Assembly (NCBI RefSeq): GCF_009914755.1
Contig: NC_060934.1
Length of the DNA: 64,000 nt
Reading direction: 5' to 3' (one strand)
DNA from: the human T2T-CHM13v2.0 reference genome, Homo sapiens
Of the stretch, positions 30,346 through 44,299 are shown piece by piece. Under the pieces are notes generated by a model, which saw only the letters and a list, made by a program, of their open reading frames with translations, searched no databases and was not told where the DNA came from. How positions within the stretch are numbered: the stretch's first letter is position 1; every line of letters starts with the position of its first letter. The position numbers and the translations under genes were made by a program.

Positions 30346-32913
30346 CATAAATTGCCATTTTAATAGTTATATTCATACGTGTACAGCCTATTTCTGCTCC
30401 TTTCAATTATTCAATTCTGTCAGGTCTCGCCACTGGTTCTACACATTAATAACCAAGGCCTTCATTTACCTGCAAGAGCAGCCATTGGAACGATGGCTGC
30501 AGAGAGGGCTCCTTCAGGACTGCCTTTCAACACTAAAACTGAATATATTCATGACATGAAATATCTCTCAGGGATTTCTACTTCTGAAAACACAAACATT
30601 AAAAAATATTAAGCAATTTAATATGTTTTGGAATTCCTCTTTTGTGATTTAGAAAGCACACCAGCACCCATTTCATTTGTGTTTTTAAAGGAGGCCAAGG
30701 GTGCATCTCACTCAGCCAGAAAGGCAAAGGAAGAGTAAGCCAAGGTCATCACCATCAAGCTGGGAAAGTGAGATGCTGATGGGAAGTAGTGAGGAAGGTC
30801 ACATGGCTCTGACATGAATGGTTCCAACAGCAACAGCTACATAAAGGAGTGTTCAGAGTCAGGAGCCAGCCTGGGCACAGGGACTGGTGGTGGCTGATTG
30901 GAGGAAGACGACAGGAGCTGGTGCCTGAAGAGCTGAGCCTTTGCCTATCAGTCATCATTGATGGACTGATGGACAGATGGACTGGAAGGAGAAGAATCCT
31001 CATGGAGGTGGAGGGAGTAGCAGGAAACAAAGCATCTGGACTCAAACATGAACCAGTGATGTCCTCCACCCCGGGAGGAATGATGGCTCAAGTGGATTCT
31101 AGTGCTAGGAAAAAACTGAAAGTTAAGGCTGCAGAGAACACAGAGAATGGGGAGGGCAGGAATTTGGGCATTATCCTGTAAACAGACAGGGGGAATCGAA
31201 GGTACCTGGTTGTTTCTGAGCCAGGAAGTAAAACAGTACTGATGACGATTGCTCATCCCAATGTTATGTCCACGTCACCGTCTGTCAGGGTCTAGGGCTG
31301 TCTCAGTGTGGGTGGAAAAACAAGGGCAATTGCAAGACTCTGCAGAGACTGAAGAGGCTCTTCTGAGAGACCCCATTCTGGGTGAAGAAGGACAAAGATA
31401 TGATCAACAGGTCTTAGCTACAAAGCCACAGTCACAGGTGCAGGGGATCCTCAGCAAGATAGTGGTTGTTCTCCACTCTGCCCCAGCACCTTGATGCAGG
31501 TCCAGATATAGGAAGAAAGGGGACTGTAGGTCAACACTGAAAGGGGCTGCTCCCAAACTCTGCACCATATAAAGCCCTGAGCGTCCTTGCCATAGCACAC
31601 ACCAAGTGAAGGCAGCATGCAAGGAAGAGCAGATCTCCCCTACCCTGGCCATGGGAGCCTGAGCAAGGGCTCAGGGTATCATCACCTTGGGGAGAACCGT
31701 TACCCCAGGCAGAGCAGCCGGGTTGCTCTGTATCTGAGATCTGCAGACTGCCTTGCACACGTGTGGGCCGCACTTCACACTTACAGCCTACGGGCGGGAC
31801 AGGTCATCTTCAATCCTCACCGCAATCCTCCCTTGAACAGGGGACGAGGCCCTGTCCAGGGTTCTGAAAAAGGCAGTGGAGAGGAAGTGGATTGGAGGAC
31901 ACTTAGACGGAAGGACAGTTAGAATTCGACGGCTGACTGTGTTGGGGATAAAGAAAAAGAAGGAGTCAGGGGAGAACCCACATTTGGAGCCAGAAGAGCA
32001 CTCAGTGCCTCAGGAATCATTACGAGGGTCAGGTATGATGACTGCACTCGGGGAAATTGAGTGATGTGCTGCTGAGGTGTTCTATGTGACTGAACGGCAT
32101 AACGAAGTTGATTATCAGCTTTGATCACCTGAGCTCTCTCCTCTACAAATTGGAGAACTTATTTACCTGTCATAGAGTTATCCATCATTCCTCCTTCCTT
32201 GCATTCAGTCTTTTAAAAGCATGCTATACACTACACTAGACATATACCACTGTACACTCTAGCACCAGATTAACTCACGTGGTAGGAATGCCTGACCTCA
32301 TCCTTTACCTCTATTTTTGCTATTTGCTTGCTTCTTACTACTGCCACGGACCAGAGCGCAGCCCACGTGCCAGGGTGTGCAACCTGTCATCCCAGGACGT
32401 CTCCGATTCAGTGTCACCTGGCTTTCTTTTCATTGCTGCTTTCTGTGTTGCCCTTAAATTCAATTACTCAAAAATTTCTAATTGTGTCCTTCTGTGGCAT
32501 AAACTTAAACTCATAAATGGGCTGTATCTGACTTTCCTCATTACTACTCCTGCCCACAAATTTGCTCAGCCTCTTTTATAATATCATTTTTTTCCTTCAA
32601 GAGGTGATCTGTTTTTGCCTCATTTGCACAGACCGAATTCTGTTAACTCATTCTTCCCTCTTCTTTAACATCAGTGCTGATGAAGACAAAGGCCTTTATA
32701 CTGTGTGGAATGGGATCATAAAATAAAGAGCAGGCATCTCTCTCAAGAGTTGTCTGACCTCCTCAGTCCTCTGCCTCCTCTTTTCTTATTGTCCCCACCC
32801 TCTCTGTCCCCTGCCCCTCTCTTCACCCAACTCTCCTCTCATCCTACAGCCATTTGGAACCTCATGAGAAGCAGGCTGGAAACAATACACTAAATAATCT
32901 CATAATCAATTTG

Positions 32914-33243
32914 CAGGAACTGTCTGCCTGGATTAATGTAATGTGAGCCACGTTTATTATTTCAAATTTTCTAGTGAACACATTTTAAAAAGTAAAACAG
33001 AAATACATGAAAGTAATTGTAGTTATATACTTTATTAACCTAATATAGCCAAATATTGTAATATGAACATATAATTAGTATAAAATATGCCAATGTGGAA
33101 TGTTACATTCTTTTTTTTTTAGTAAGTCTTTGAAATCTGGTGTGCGTTTTACACTCACATCACTTCTCAATGTGCACTGGCCACATTTTGAATGCCCAGT
33201 AGTCACAAGTGGCTAGTGGCCACCATATTGGATTGAGCAGCTC
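32914..33243. mobile_element. MER33-like hAT-Charlie MITE
   Basis: aatgtgagccac...ctttgaaatctggtgtgcgttttacact...gtggctagtggccaccatattgga. Confidence 0.85.
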
Positions 33244-33309
33244 TATCTAGACTAGGCAGATAATCCGGTCTTCCTTCTGCCATGGTGGGCCAAAATTTAT
33301 TTTTTATTA

Positions 33310-33600
33310 CTGGTGACTTAGGAAAGTTCCTTTTAGCTTCTCAAACTCACGAAATGTCTAGGATTATCGCCATATTTGGAAAAACTTCTATGAAGTCTTT
33401 CACATATGAGTTGTAAAATTTCAGGGCACTTGAGGTTATCTTCTGCAGGGATTAATCTTATATTCTTTTTAAATTGAAGACCTTCATTAACCAGTTTGTT
33501 GTCAATATTCACATTGTAGTGGCTTTTTTTTTGTCTTATCTTTGATGTCAATATTCCATGACAAATCTGCAGGAAATTTGAAAAGAACCTATATAGATGT
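33310..33600 (-). mobile_element. hAT-Tip100 (Zaphod-like) transposase C-terminal fossil
   Basis: Minus strand gives [14 protein letters not shown]...[10 protein letters not shown], then after a frameshift [14 protein letters not shown]...EAKRNFPK, resembling the hAT dimerisation motif FPNL..IL.I...EAERSFSKL. Confidence 0.65.
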
Positions 33601-33677
33601 GCTTGGACAGGTGAATTTACATGACTGATGTGCAGGGAGGTAGAAGGAGACAGGATAAGATTAGAAAAGTGTGCTGG

Positions 33678-33836
33678 CCTATAGTCCCAGCTACTCAGGA
33701 GGCTGAGGCAGGAGAATGGCGTGAACCCAGGAGGCAGAGCTTGCAGTGAGCCGAGATCGTGCCACTGCACTCCAGCCTGGGTGACAGAGCGAGACTCTGT
33801 CTCAAAAAAAAAAAAAAAGAAAAAGAAAAAAAGAAA
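33678..33836 (+). mobile_element. 5'-truncated AluY (right arm)
   Basis: gagaatggcgtgaacc...gcttgcagtgag; 15-bp TSD agaaaagtgtgctgg. Confidence 0.93.
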
Positions 33837-33953
33837 AGAAAAGTGTGCTGGACTCAGCTAGGGAGGTGAGAAAGGCTGTCAGCTGCTAGTGAGAGGCTAA
33901 GGAGAGATTCTCCCGCCTTTAGGTTAAGGAATCAACGCCTGTGGATATAGCAC

Positions 33954-34473
33954 TGTACTGGAGATATTTCTTCATGGATCTCTAATATTTCTGCACACCT
34001 TTTCAGCAAAGAAACTGATGACTTTTTTACCCCCTGGATTATCTTTCCAAGAATGTTAGCATAACAAGTGACCTTGGAAGACAGCGATCATATCTCCCTC
34101 CAGGTCAGAGGGCAGATTTGTTTCCTGACCAGGATAGTAAAGATAATGTTTCTTCTAGGTAAAGGTTGGGAAAGTTTGCTAATAGTCTCTTAAAAGGGGT
34201 GCATCTCCTAAACTTGGTGATCCTCAGATGTGATGCAGACTCGCTCTCTGCATGGCATCCACTAGGGCCACTCTGTGTCACCCCTATGAACCCTAGGGAA
34301 CAAAAGGAACTGATAGGAACAGGAGTTCATGCTGCCTGCTCTGCCATGACTACTGAAGTCCTTTGTCTCTGGCCCAGGAGTCTCATGTCTTCTACCAACA
34401 TCCATGAAACTGGGAGGCTCATTTGTGATCTTACAAGTAAAGTAAAGCCTCAGACCCCTCACAGTTCCTGGCA
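33954..34473 (+). mobile_element. LTR40-like ERVL solo LTR
   Basis: tg...ttcttcatggatctctaatatttctgcaca...ccttggaaga...gtcctttgtctctggcccaggagtctcatgtcttct...cagttcctggca. Confidence 0.7.
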
Positions 34474-35541
34474 CACTAGCAGCATAGGAAAGGCCTTATA
34501 GTGTAGTAGTGTTATCTTTAGCATATGATAACTTCAAACCTGGTTACGGATCTAACAGTGTGTGTTGCTGGCTTAAAACTGTGGCTATAATAATATTTTT
34601 ACACATGAAAGCCATTGCAAATCATGTGTCCCAGCAAACCCAAGCTAAATGTATCTCCAGCTCAGCTTCCTTGAGCCAACCCCAAAATTGCTATCAGCCA
34701 CTCCACATCACCCAGAGTGAGAAGAAACTGGAGTAGAAATCAACAGTGGTCTAAGCTGATTGGAGTATATTTGACTCAGGCAAGTTTCATGTGGTGAACA
34801 CATTTGTAGACCCTTCCCATGGCCTGAGGGGGCCCTTGCAGGCAACGTAAGTTCATAGCAACATGCAGACAGCCATGCTTCCTGAATCCTTCTCCCCACA
34901 GATGACAGGTTCCAGAACATTCTTCCTCCACCAGCTGAACTGTCAGCTCACCAAGGATCAGTTATGTCTGCTCCCAAGTTGGTTTATGCCAGTTCCTTAA
35001 AGTTTTTATTATCATGTTGCAAACTGTTGAAATGTAAATGCAGAATTAGTTATGGGTTTTATGAAAACCAAGTTGGAAAAGACAAGTCATTCAAAAACTT
35101 GCTGTCAAAAAAGAAGTGTACAGGAGAACACTTTAAAAGTTTAAGAAAAAAACATAAACTTGTAGAATTTTAGTTGCAAAGTTTCTTCCAGCTACTATCC
35201 CTCTCAGCTTAGAAATCTCAGAAGTCAGTAGTCCAAATCAAAACTGCCTACAAAACAACCACCCTAATAATGATTTTCTTTTTTTCCTGTCTTCATACTT
35301 ATTATTTTTCTTTCAATATAGAAACAGCTGGTCAGGGTAAAATGGACTTCACTGGAATGTACTGACTTTCTTCAAAAAAATTCATTAAAACCCTGGCAAG
35401 GTTGATCTGCATCAGAGACAGCTATGACTAGTAAGTTTTATTACAACAGCATTAGGGTAAACCAATCTATTGCAAAGCCTTTGGGCATAATTTATTCTCC
35501 TTGGTCCTCCCACTTACTTATCACAGTACCTGTATTCAAAA

Positions 35542-36553
35542 TGTATTCCTTTCCCCTTGCTGCTGTAATGAATTAACACAACTTAGTGGCTTAAACAAAC
35601 AAATTTATTATTTTACAGTTCCATAGGATAGAAGTTCAACATTGGGAAATCCTGCCATTTGTGGCAACATGGATGGACCTGGAATGCATTATGCTATGTG
35701 AAATAAGCCAGACACAGAAAGACAGATACTTTATGTTATCATGTATATGTGGAACCTAAAATAAATGAGGTAAACCTATAGAAAAACAGCCTAGAAGGGT
35801 GGTTGTGGGATGGAGGAAGTGGGAAATGTTGGTTCAAGGTGCAGAGTTTCAGGTATAAGATCAGCAAGTTCTGGAGTTCTCACACAGTCCGGAGACTGTA
35901 GTTAACAACGCTGTATTGTGTACTTATAATTTGCTAAGAGAGTAGACCTCAAGGGTTCACTCCTGTCAGCAAAAGGTAACTATGTGAGGTGATGGCTGTG
36001 TTAATGAACTTGATTGTGGTAGTCATTTCACAATGTACGCGTATGTCAAATCATCACATTGTACACTTTAAATATATGCAATTTTATTTGTTAATTATAA
36101 TTCAATAAAGCTGAAAAAAAGAAGCTTGACATTGGTCTCGTGGGCTAAAATCAAGGTGCAAGCAGGTCTGGGTTCGGGTCTGGAGGCTCTGCAGGAGAAT
36201 TCCTTCACCTGCCCTTTCTGTTTCTGGGGGCTGCCCACATTGCTTGGCTCATGGCCCTTTCCTCTACCTTCAAAGCTAGTAACATCGTCTCTCTCTGCCC
36301 CTCTCTCATTCCATATCACCTCTCCACTTTACTGTCTTTTTCTGGCTCCCTCTTTCACTTTTAAGAACACTTCTGATTACACTGGGTGCACCTGGATAAT
36401 TCAAGGTACTCTCTCCACGTTGGGGTCAACCAATTCATAAGCTTAATTCCTTCTGCAACCTTAAGTCTTTCTTGCCAGGTAGCATGACACATTCACCGGA
36501 TCTGGTGGTTAGGGCATGAACATTTTTACAGGCCATTATTCTACCTAACACCA
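35542..36553 (-). mobile_element. MLT1D-like LTR split by an L1
   Basis: tgctgctgtaatgaattaacacaacttagtggcttaaac...gggctaaaatcaaggtg...ggccattattctaccta. Confidence 0.85.
35646..36119 (+). mobile_element. L1MA9/L1MB-like 3' end nested in MLT1D
   Basis: gaaatcctgccatttgtggcaacatggatg...tcaataaagctgaaaaaaa; degenerate 16-bp TSD agaagttcaacattgg / agaagcttgacattgg. Confidence 0.88.
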
Positions 36554-36951
36554 CACGCAATTTTGCAGAGAGTAAACTTTGTTGTTTTTAAAGATAACTT
36601 CCATTCCACCCCGGCCTGCTGAAGGCTTCTTCTACCAAAAGCAGCAGGCCTGAGATCCTGGGAAGAGAATGTCAAGGTGGTCCTTAGAGCAACACTTAGC
36701 ACACAGACACCCTAGTCCAAGGCTGGCCTGAACTAGGGGTGGTAGCTAGGGGTGGTAGCTGGGGGACTTGGGGATGAGTAGGAAAGACCATTCCAGTGCT
36801 TCCTTGATGACTTCTATGAGCAAGGAGGGTGATGTCTGGGCCACTCAGGAAGGAGCCCTCTTAGCAAGCTTCCATGTTCTCTTGCTGCTCTGATAACGAG
36901 TGAGGCTAGGCTGGGGAAGAGACACAGAGAAAGATTGTTGTAAGAATTGTG

Positions 36952-37279
<328 letters not shown>

Positions 37280-37673
37280 TCAGGGAGCCAGGGAGGATGT
37301 CAAAAGATGAGGCAGGGAGGGGCTGGAATTAAAGTGGCTCAGAAATTTAATGCAAGACCAGAGCCCAAGTAGAAGCCACTAGTGGAGGTTCCCAGGGGTC
37401 AACAATGGCTGAGGGACATTTAAGGACAGGGATACCCAGTGTCCAGTTTTAAGTTGGTGGGTGGTAGGTCAGTCACACACAGCCATGTGGAAGGACAGAG
37501 TCCAGCTGAGCAGTGGAGAAAAGGAACCACCCAGGGTTCACCATGTGAGAAATTCAGCAAGGGTTCAGTTTAGAACTGGAGGAACTGGGAAAGCAAAGCT
37601 GCTGCCCCTCCATAAGCTCCCTAGAGGATCAAGATGAATGATATTTTTTCCACTATATCTAGGTTGGGGGTGA

Positions 37674-38900
<1,227 letters not shown>

Positions 38901-38987
38901 TCCAGGTTGCCAGCTTTTTCAGCTCCAAGCTTGGGATATATGAGGCAAAAAGAAAACCCCAAGAACCCGCCACTGTGTTGTTGCTTG

Positions 38988-39542
38988 TGATGCAAGGCAG
39001 GTTAGCCCACAAATTGGGGCTTAGCCTGGGAGGGTTCTTGGCTTTGCACAAGAAAGAATTAAAAAGAATTTAAGGGTGAGCTGGTGGTGAGAGAAAGCAA
39101 GTTTATTGAAGGGGCAGTGCCTGGCAGAGGTGCTGCTCCTTGCAGAGCAGGGCTAACCCATAGGCATTCTGTACCCAGAGTACCCAGAGTCTATGGGCTG
39201 TTGGAAGCCATATTTATATCCATTTTTAATTACATGCTAATTAAGTGGAGGGTTATTTAAATCTTTCTGGATAAGGGAGTTTCTAGAACCATATAAGGTA
39301 ACTTTCAGGTCATTGCCAAGGTGCATTGCCATGGCATTTGTAAACTGTCATGGTGCTGGTGGGAGTGTCTTTATGTTAACGAGCAGTGAGGGCAGCTAGA
39401 GGTGACTTTTGTAGTCATTGGCTGGTTTCTGCCAACTTTCTCCCTGTACCCTGTTTCCACCAGATCCTGCTCCCATTAACTGGGTCACAACCCAGGTCAT
39501 GGCCAGTGCTTGAAAAACAAGTCCCACTGATCTCCTGCCTCA
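38988..39542 (-). mobile_element. ERV1 solo LTR (MER66-like)
   Basis: The minus strand begins TGAGGCAGGAGATCAGTGGGACTTGTTTTT; TG...CA termini and 4-bp TSD cttg. Confidence 0.75.
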
Positions 39543-39699
39543 CTTGGTCTCAGGGTTCCCACTGTTCCGCCTTCTTTTCTTCACATTTTAGAGTTTTAAA
39601 ATTTTTGTTATGTATGTGTAATGTTCTGGGTATTTAGTTGTACATTATGAAAAGAATAGGAGAAAGTATGTCTACTTCATCTTTTCAGAAGCAGAAATA

Positions 39700-40120
39700 C
39701 TTCTTTTTAAATAGGACTTTATGGGGTATAATTTACATATAGAAACATGTCTACTTTTTAAGTGTGCACTGGTTACAGTTTTACACATATGCGCCCATTA
39801 TGCCCTCCACCCAGCTCAATATATCAGACATCTCTGATCCATTCTCTAGAAAATTTCCCTGTGCTCTTTCTTATCAAGTCACCGCCTTCCTCCCCACCTT
39901 TCAGGAGACCACAATTCTGGCTTTTCCCACCATAGCTTAGGTTTGCCTGTTTTTGAAATTCATATAAATAGAATCATACAGTAAGCACCGTTTTGTGCCT
40001 TGCTTCTTTTTGGCAACATATTTTTGAGATTCACCCATGTTATTCCATGTATTAAAAGATCATTACTTTTTACTGCTGAGTAGCACTTCATTATGTAAAT
40101 ATACCACAATTAATTTGTCC
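39700..40120 (-). mobile_element. L1ME-type 3' fragment
   Basis: ttcatataaatagaatcatacagta...tttttgagattcacccatgtt. Confidence 0.75.
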
Positions 40121-41539
40121 TCTTCAAGATATGAATCTTAAAGGGGAATTTTATGCCAGTAAGCTGAGGAGTTGGAGCTGAAATTTGGATTGGTAAGGCC
40201 AATGACACATGGGTCATAAAGGTAAAGGTTGGAAATAAAAATCATGGCTGTTTTTAATACTTTGAGACAGGTTAATATGAAATGTACAGTCTACCTTCTT
40301 CAAACAGTCATTTTACGAAAATCTGATTAGGCTCTCATCTCCTATGGCTATCTGTACCTTTTGAAATTGGGATTAGTTGCTAGCTATGGGCCTCTGTGAA
40401 ATCTGCTGAACTCATGCTGTCAGAATTCATTATATGATCACCACCATTTTAGCAGTAATATGCCTGATATCAAGTGATAAAGAGAATGTGATGCCATTAT
40501 CGATGAGAAAAGACTATTCACATTTTGCTTTATAAAATTTAAAAAGCCACTTCATATTGCTTTGCTTTTAAAATGAAACAATGTAAAATAATGAAACATT
40601 AACTCAATTATAGATTTGTATTTTGTTTGCAGAGATTTTAATCTGTAATGCTCAATAACAGATATCTCTGCTGAAGATGGGGAAGGGATGATATGCAATG
40701 GTCTCAGCCTGCGGAAATATACCCTTATGAGCCACAAAAGCAGTGACTGGCTCAGAAAATTATTCACAGTGTGCTTATTACATGCATGTTACTGGACAAT
40801 CAGCACATACAAAGAGGGTTACAGCAGAGATCCTGCCCAAAAAGAACTTGCAAACTAGTTGACAGAAAAGACTAATACAAGGAAAATGAAATAATACAAG
40901 ATTTCTTAATAACCACTCTCTATGTGAATAAAGCTACCTGCAAGTTTGTAACTTCCTCACAGAAGATCTTGCCCAGAAACCTAAAGTTGTGATGCAGGGG
41001 AGATATTCCTTTCATTTTGAAGCAAGTAAGACTCAAAAGGAACAAGTGGCTTGCCCAAGTCACGTCAGGTGAGTGTGTGGAAGAGCCAGGAGCCTGGATA
41101 TGCACCCCCACTCCTCTTCCCATGACAGTCTTGCCTTCATGCTGAATCCCACTTATGGAAGGAAGGATAACCTCTGTCCTGGCTTCCTCAGCACTGGCTC
41201 CGAATGGAGACACCGGTAGAGGATGTGCAGGTCTGTGCTGAAGCAGCTGAGTCCTCAAGGGTTGGTTAGATTTGGTAAAGTAGATTCAAATGGTACCCCC
41301 AGAAGACGGAATAGCATGAGCTAAACTTTTGGAGCCAATGAGTACAAGGTTGAGGGGAGAGTCATGTTTGGATTTCCTAACCCGCAGGGCCAGGATGGAA
41401 AAGAGGAGAGGATACTCCCATAGAAGAGGGCTGAAATTAGAATTGGAAAATGACCAAGCTGAGATGGCAATGTCTGGGACCAGAGTAGGAGCAGAGGAAA
41501 CAATAAGCCAAGGGAAGGGTCTGATTGTATGTGCATGCG

Positions 41540-41960
41540 TGGCTTTTTCTTGCACTCCTTTCTGCTTTTGTTTAGTTAGTTTTCAATGTTTTGATTGGAA
41601 GCTATATGTGATGTGAGGTGATGAGTAAAAGGAACAGAGGTGCAGAGGCCTTCCAGGAAAGGTTATATGTTTATCTGGCTAGGAGCTGGGCTGTGTCTGC
41701 TGTCACTGGAATGTGTCAGGAGCTACTCTCTTTGGGTGTCCCAGCTCCTGGCTCCCCGTCGTCTTTGGGACTTGCTAGAGATTTCTTCTTAAAGCAGGTT
41801 GAGAGGTGCCATTCTTTCCGCTGCATTCCTGTTATGACACAGGAGTCTGCTGGGGAGATGGTCAGGTATGGGGAAGGGAAGCATTCTCTGGTCCTCTGAT
41901 TTGGTCTCCTTCCTCTAGTGGGTCTGTATCCCTGGGCTGAGACCTTCACACAGCTTCTCA

Positions 41961-41993
<33 letters not shown>

Positions 41994-42528
41994 TAGGCAG
42001 GAAGGGTAGAGGGGGCTGGAGTTGGGCATTTCTCTTGCCCAGGCAGGTTACACTGTGGCAAAATCCGAAGTGGTTAGTAAAATAGTTTTGCTTGGGGGCA
42101 GTCTTTTGCTACTGAGAACAGAACACTCTGGGCATATTTCCAAATGGTTAGTTCCCTCTTACCTCTGCCAGAAGTGTGATTTTTCTCTGATCTACACTAT
42201 AAGAATCTAGTAGAGCTCCTGGGAGTAAAACTCATGCAAGTGTGGGGTTCCCCCTACAACTGGGTCTCCCTGGAGTTTCTGAGCTTGTCCAGCAATTCCT
42301 CAGTTACAGTTTAGGTTTTCTTACTCCAGGGTGGGTTCCCATGGTGGCTTCTGCTCCCGTAAGCTGTGATTCTCTGTATCCACTCATCTGTCCCTCCAAT
42401 TTAGGGGACAGCAGTTTGCCCTGGGAATCAGTTCTCTGATGGATTTAACAAGAATTTGTTCATCTTTTTTCTTGTTGTGAGGCCAGGAGTGACAACTTCC
42501 AGTCTCCTTACGTGAGACCAGAAACCAT
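41540..42528 (-). mobile_element. Old L1M 5' region (L1MCa/L1MD-like)
   Basis: gacagcagtttgccctg...agttctctgatggattt...ggagtgacaacttccag...accagaaacc, typical of L1M 5' ends. Confidence 0.6.
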
Positions 42529-42982
42529 AGTTTTCAATAATTTTACTGAAAAACAATTCAACATATATAATTAGACATGCCCCCTAAACCCATTACCCAG
42601 TGATTATTGACTTATTCTCAAGCTCGCTTCCTCTATACTCCTTCCCACTCTTTCCAAATCCCAAGGCTGTATTCCAGAATTATATCATCTCATAAATGTG
42701 TATTTCAGTATCCCTCTCTAAAAGATAACATTGAAAAACAAAACTGTAATACCATTTTTTCATAGTTTAAAAAACACCACTAGCTCCCTAATATTACAAA
42801 ATATGCAGTCATTTAAATTCCCCTTCTTACCTCACATATTTTTTAGTTTATTTGAATTAGTATCCAAACTAGGTTAAGCCTCTTTTTAAAACTGTAACCT
42901 TTATTTTTGCTTACCTCTACTATTCTTCTTCTTTCCGTATTTCCCTGACTTTAAACCAATATTAACAATACCATATACATAC

Positions 42983-43008
42983 GTATATATATATATATAT
43001 ATATATAT
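42983..43008 (+). repeat. (TA)n microsatellite
   Basis: Directly visible. Confidence 0.95.
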
Positions 43009-43110
43009 CTGTATAGCATATATGTATATATACATGTGTATGCATAGACAGAATATTCATGTGACAGAAATTTGGTCATCAGTTTACAAAAGTGGAAATA
43101 GACTATATGT

Positions 43111-43441
43111 TTATATGGTTTGGATCTGTGTCACCACCCAAATCTCATCTCAAATTGAAATCCCCATGCGTGAGGGAGGGACCTGGTGGGAGGTGATTGG
43201 ATCATGGGGGAGTTCTCATGAGAGCTATTGGTTTTAAAAGTGTTTGGCAGTTCCCCTTCTGTGCTCTCTCTCCTGCTGCATTGTGAAGAAGGTGCCTGTT
43301 TCCCCTTTGCCTTTCACCATGATTGTAAGTTTCCTGAGGCCTCCCCAGCCATGTGGAACTGAGTCAGTTAAACCCCCTTTCTTTATAAATTACCTAGTCT
43401 CAGGTAGTAACTTGATAGCCACATGAAAGTGGACAAATACA
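43111..43441 (+). mobile_element. THE1D/MSTA solo LTR with internal deletion
   Basis: tatggtttggatctgtgtcaccacccaaatctc...gtaagtttcctgaggcctccccagccatg...aataca; TSD tatgt/catgt. Confidence 0.9.
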
Positions 43442-43464
43442 CATGTATTTAAAAAAGACGTCAG

Positions 43465-43960
43465 TTCTGCAAAGGAAAAACAAAGGAGAACTTTATTTTC
43501 TTTAAAAAAAGAAAAAGAATCTGAAGATTGGGAGACACAGCTTCCAGTGTAAATGGAAAGGACTCTGGAGAACAAAGTGTGGGTCTGGTTTAAGTAGGAA
43601 AAGTTTCCACGCCAGCCTCAACCAAATCTGTTCATGTAAATGAAGAATTTAAACTCGTTCAGTCCCAGGTGGTTGAAAACAACTGAGTCCAGATTGGTTA
43701 GTTCTCAACTGCAAGACCAGTAGTCTCTGCTGGATGCCCCTTTTTGGAGGCTGATGGGAGAACATTTCTGGACACCAAGTCTCAGTTCTGGTTACAGGAA
43801 CCATCTTAGCTCAGAGGCTCAAACAGGGTTCCTCTGGAGCTGCCCTCTCTGGTAACAAAGGAGGTGTGACTGCCCTGCTCTCACTCACTGTGGCCATTGG
43901 ATTAGCTTCATCTCACACACGCATTGCTCTGTGTCTTAGCTTCCTCCCTTCACAGCACAT
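43465..43960 (-). mobile_element. ERV1-class LTR relic (MER67/MER31-like)
   Basis: actttattttct...gattgggagacacagc...repeated gattggtt motifs; subfamily uncertain. Confidence 0.5.
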
Positions 43961-44299
43961 CCAGTGGATCCCTTCCTGTCAGCTGCTGGACAAGAGCTCA
44001 ATCTTTTTAAAGAGCTGAATAATGTTCCAAGGTAGGTATGTGCCAGAACATATTCAACCACTCATTTGTTAGCATTAGGATAAACATGGCAGTAATATCC
44101 CTTTACATGATCCTTATGTACAGGTGGTGTAATTTTTAAAGCATAGCTTCCCAGGAAAGGGATTACTGAGTATAAATGTAGGTGATATATTTTTAATGGC
44201 TTTATTGACGCATAATTGAGATGCAATAAACTGCACATATTTAAAGTACACAATTTGATATGTCTCGACATTGTATATATAGTCACGAAACCAACAAGA

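Noticed and set aside
30755-32128. Several 80-110 aa ORFs in purine-rich DNA
   Set aside because: No recognisable domain, poly(A) or TSD to support an exon or processed pseudogene.
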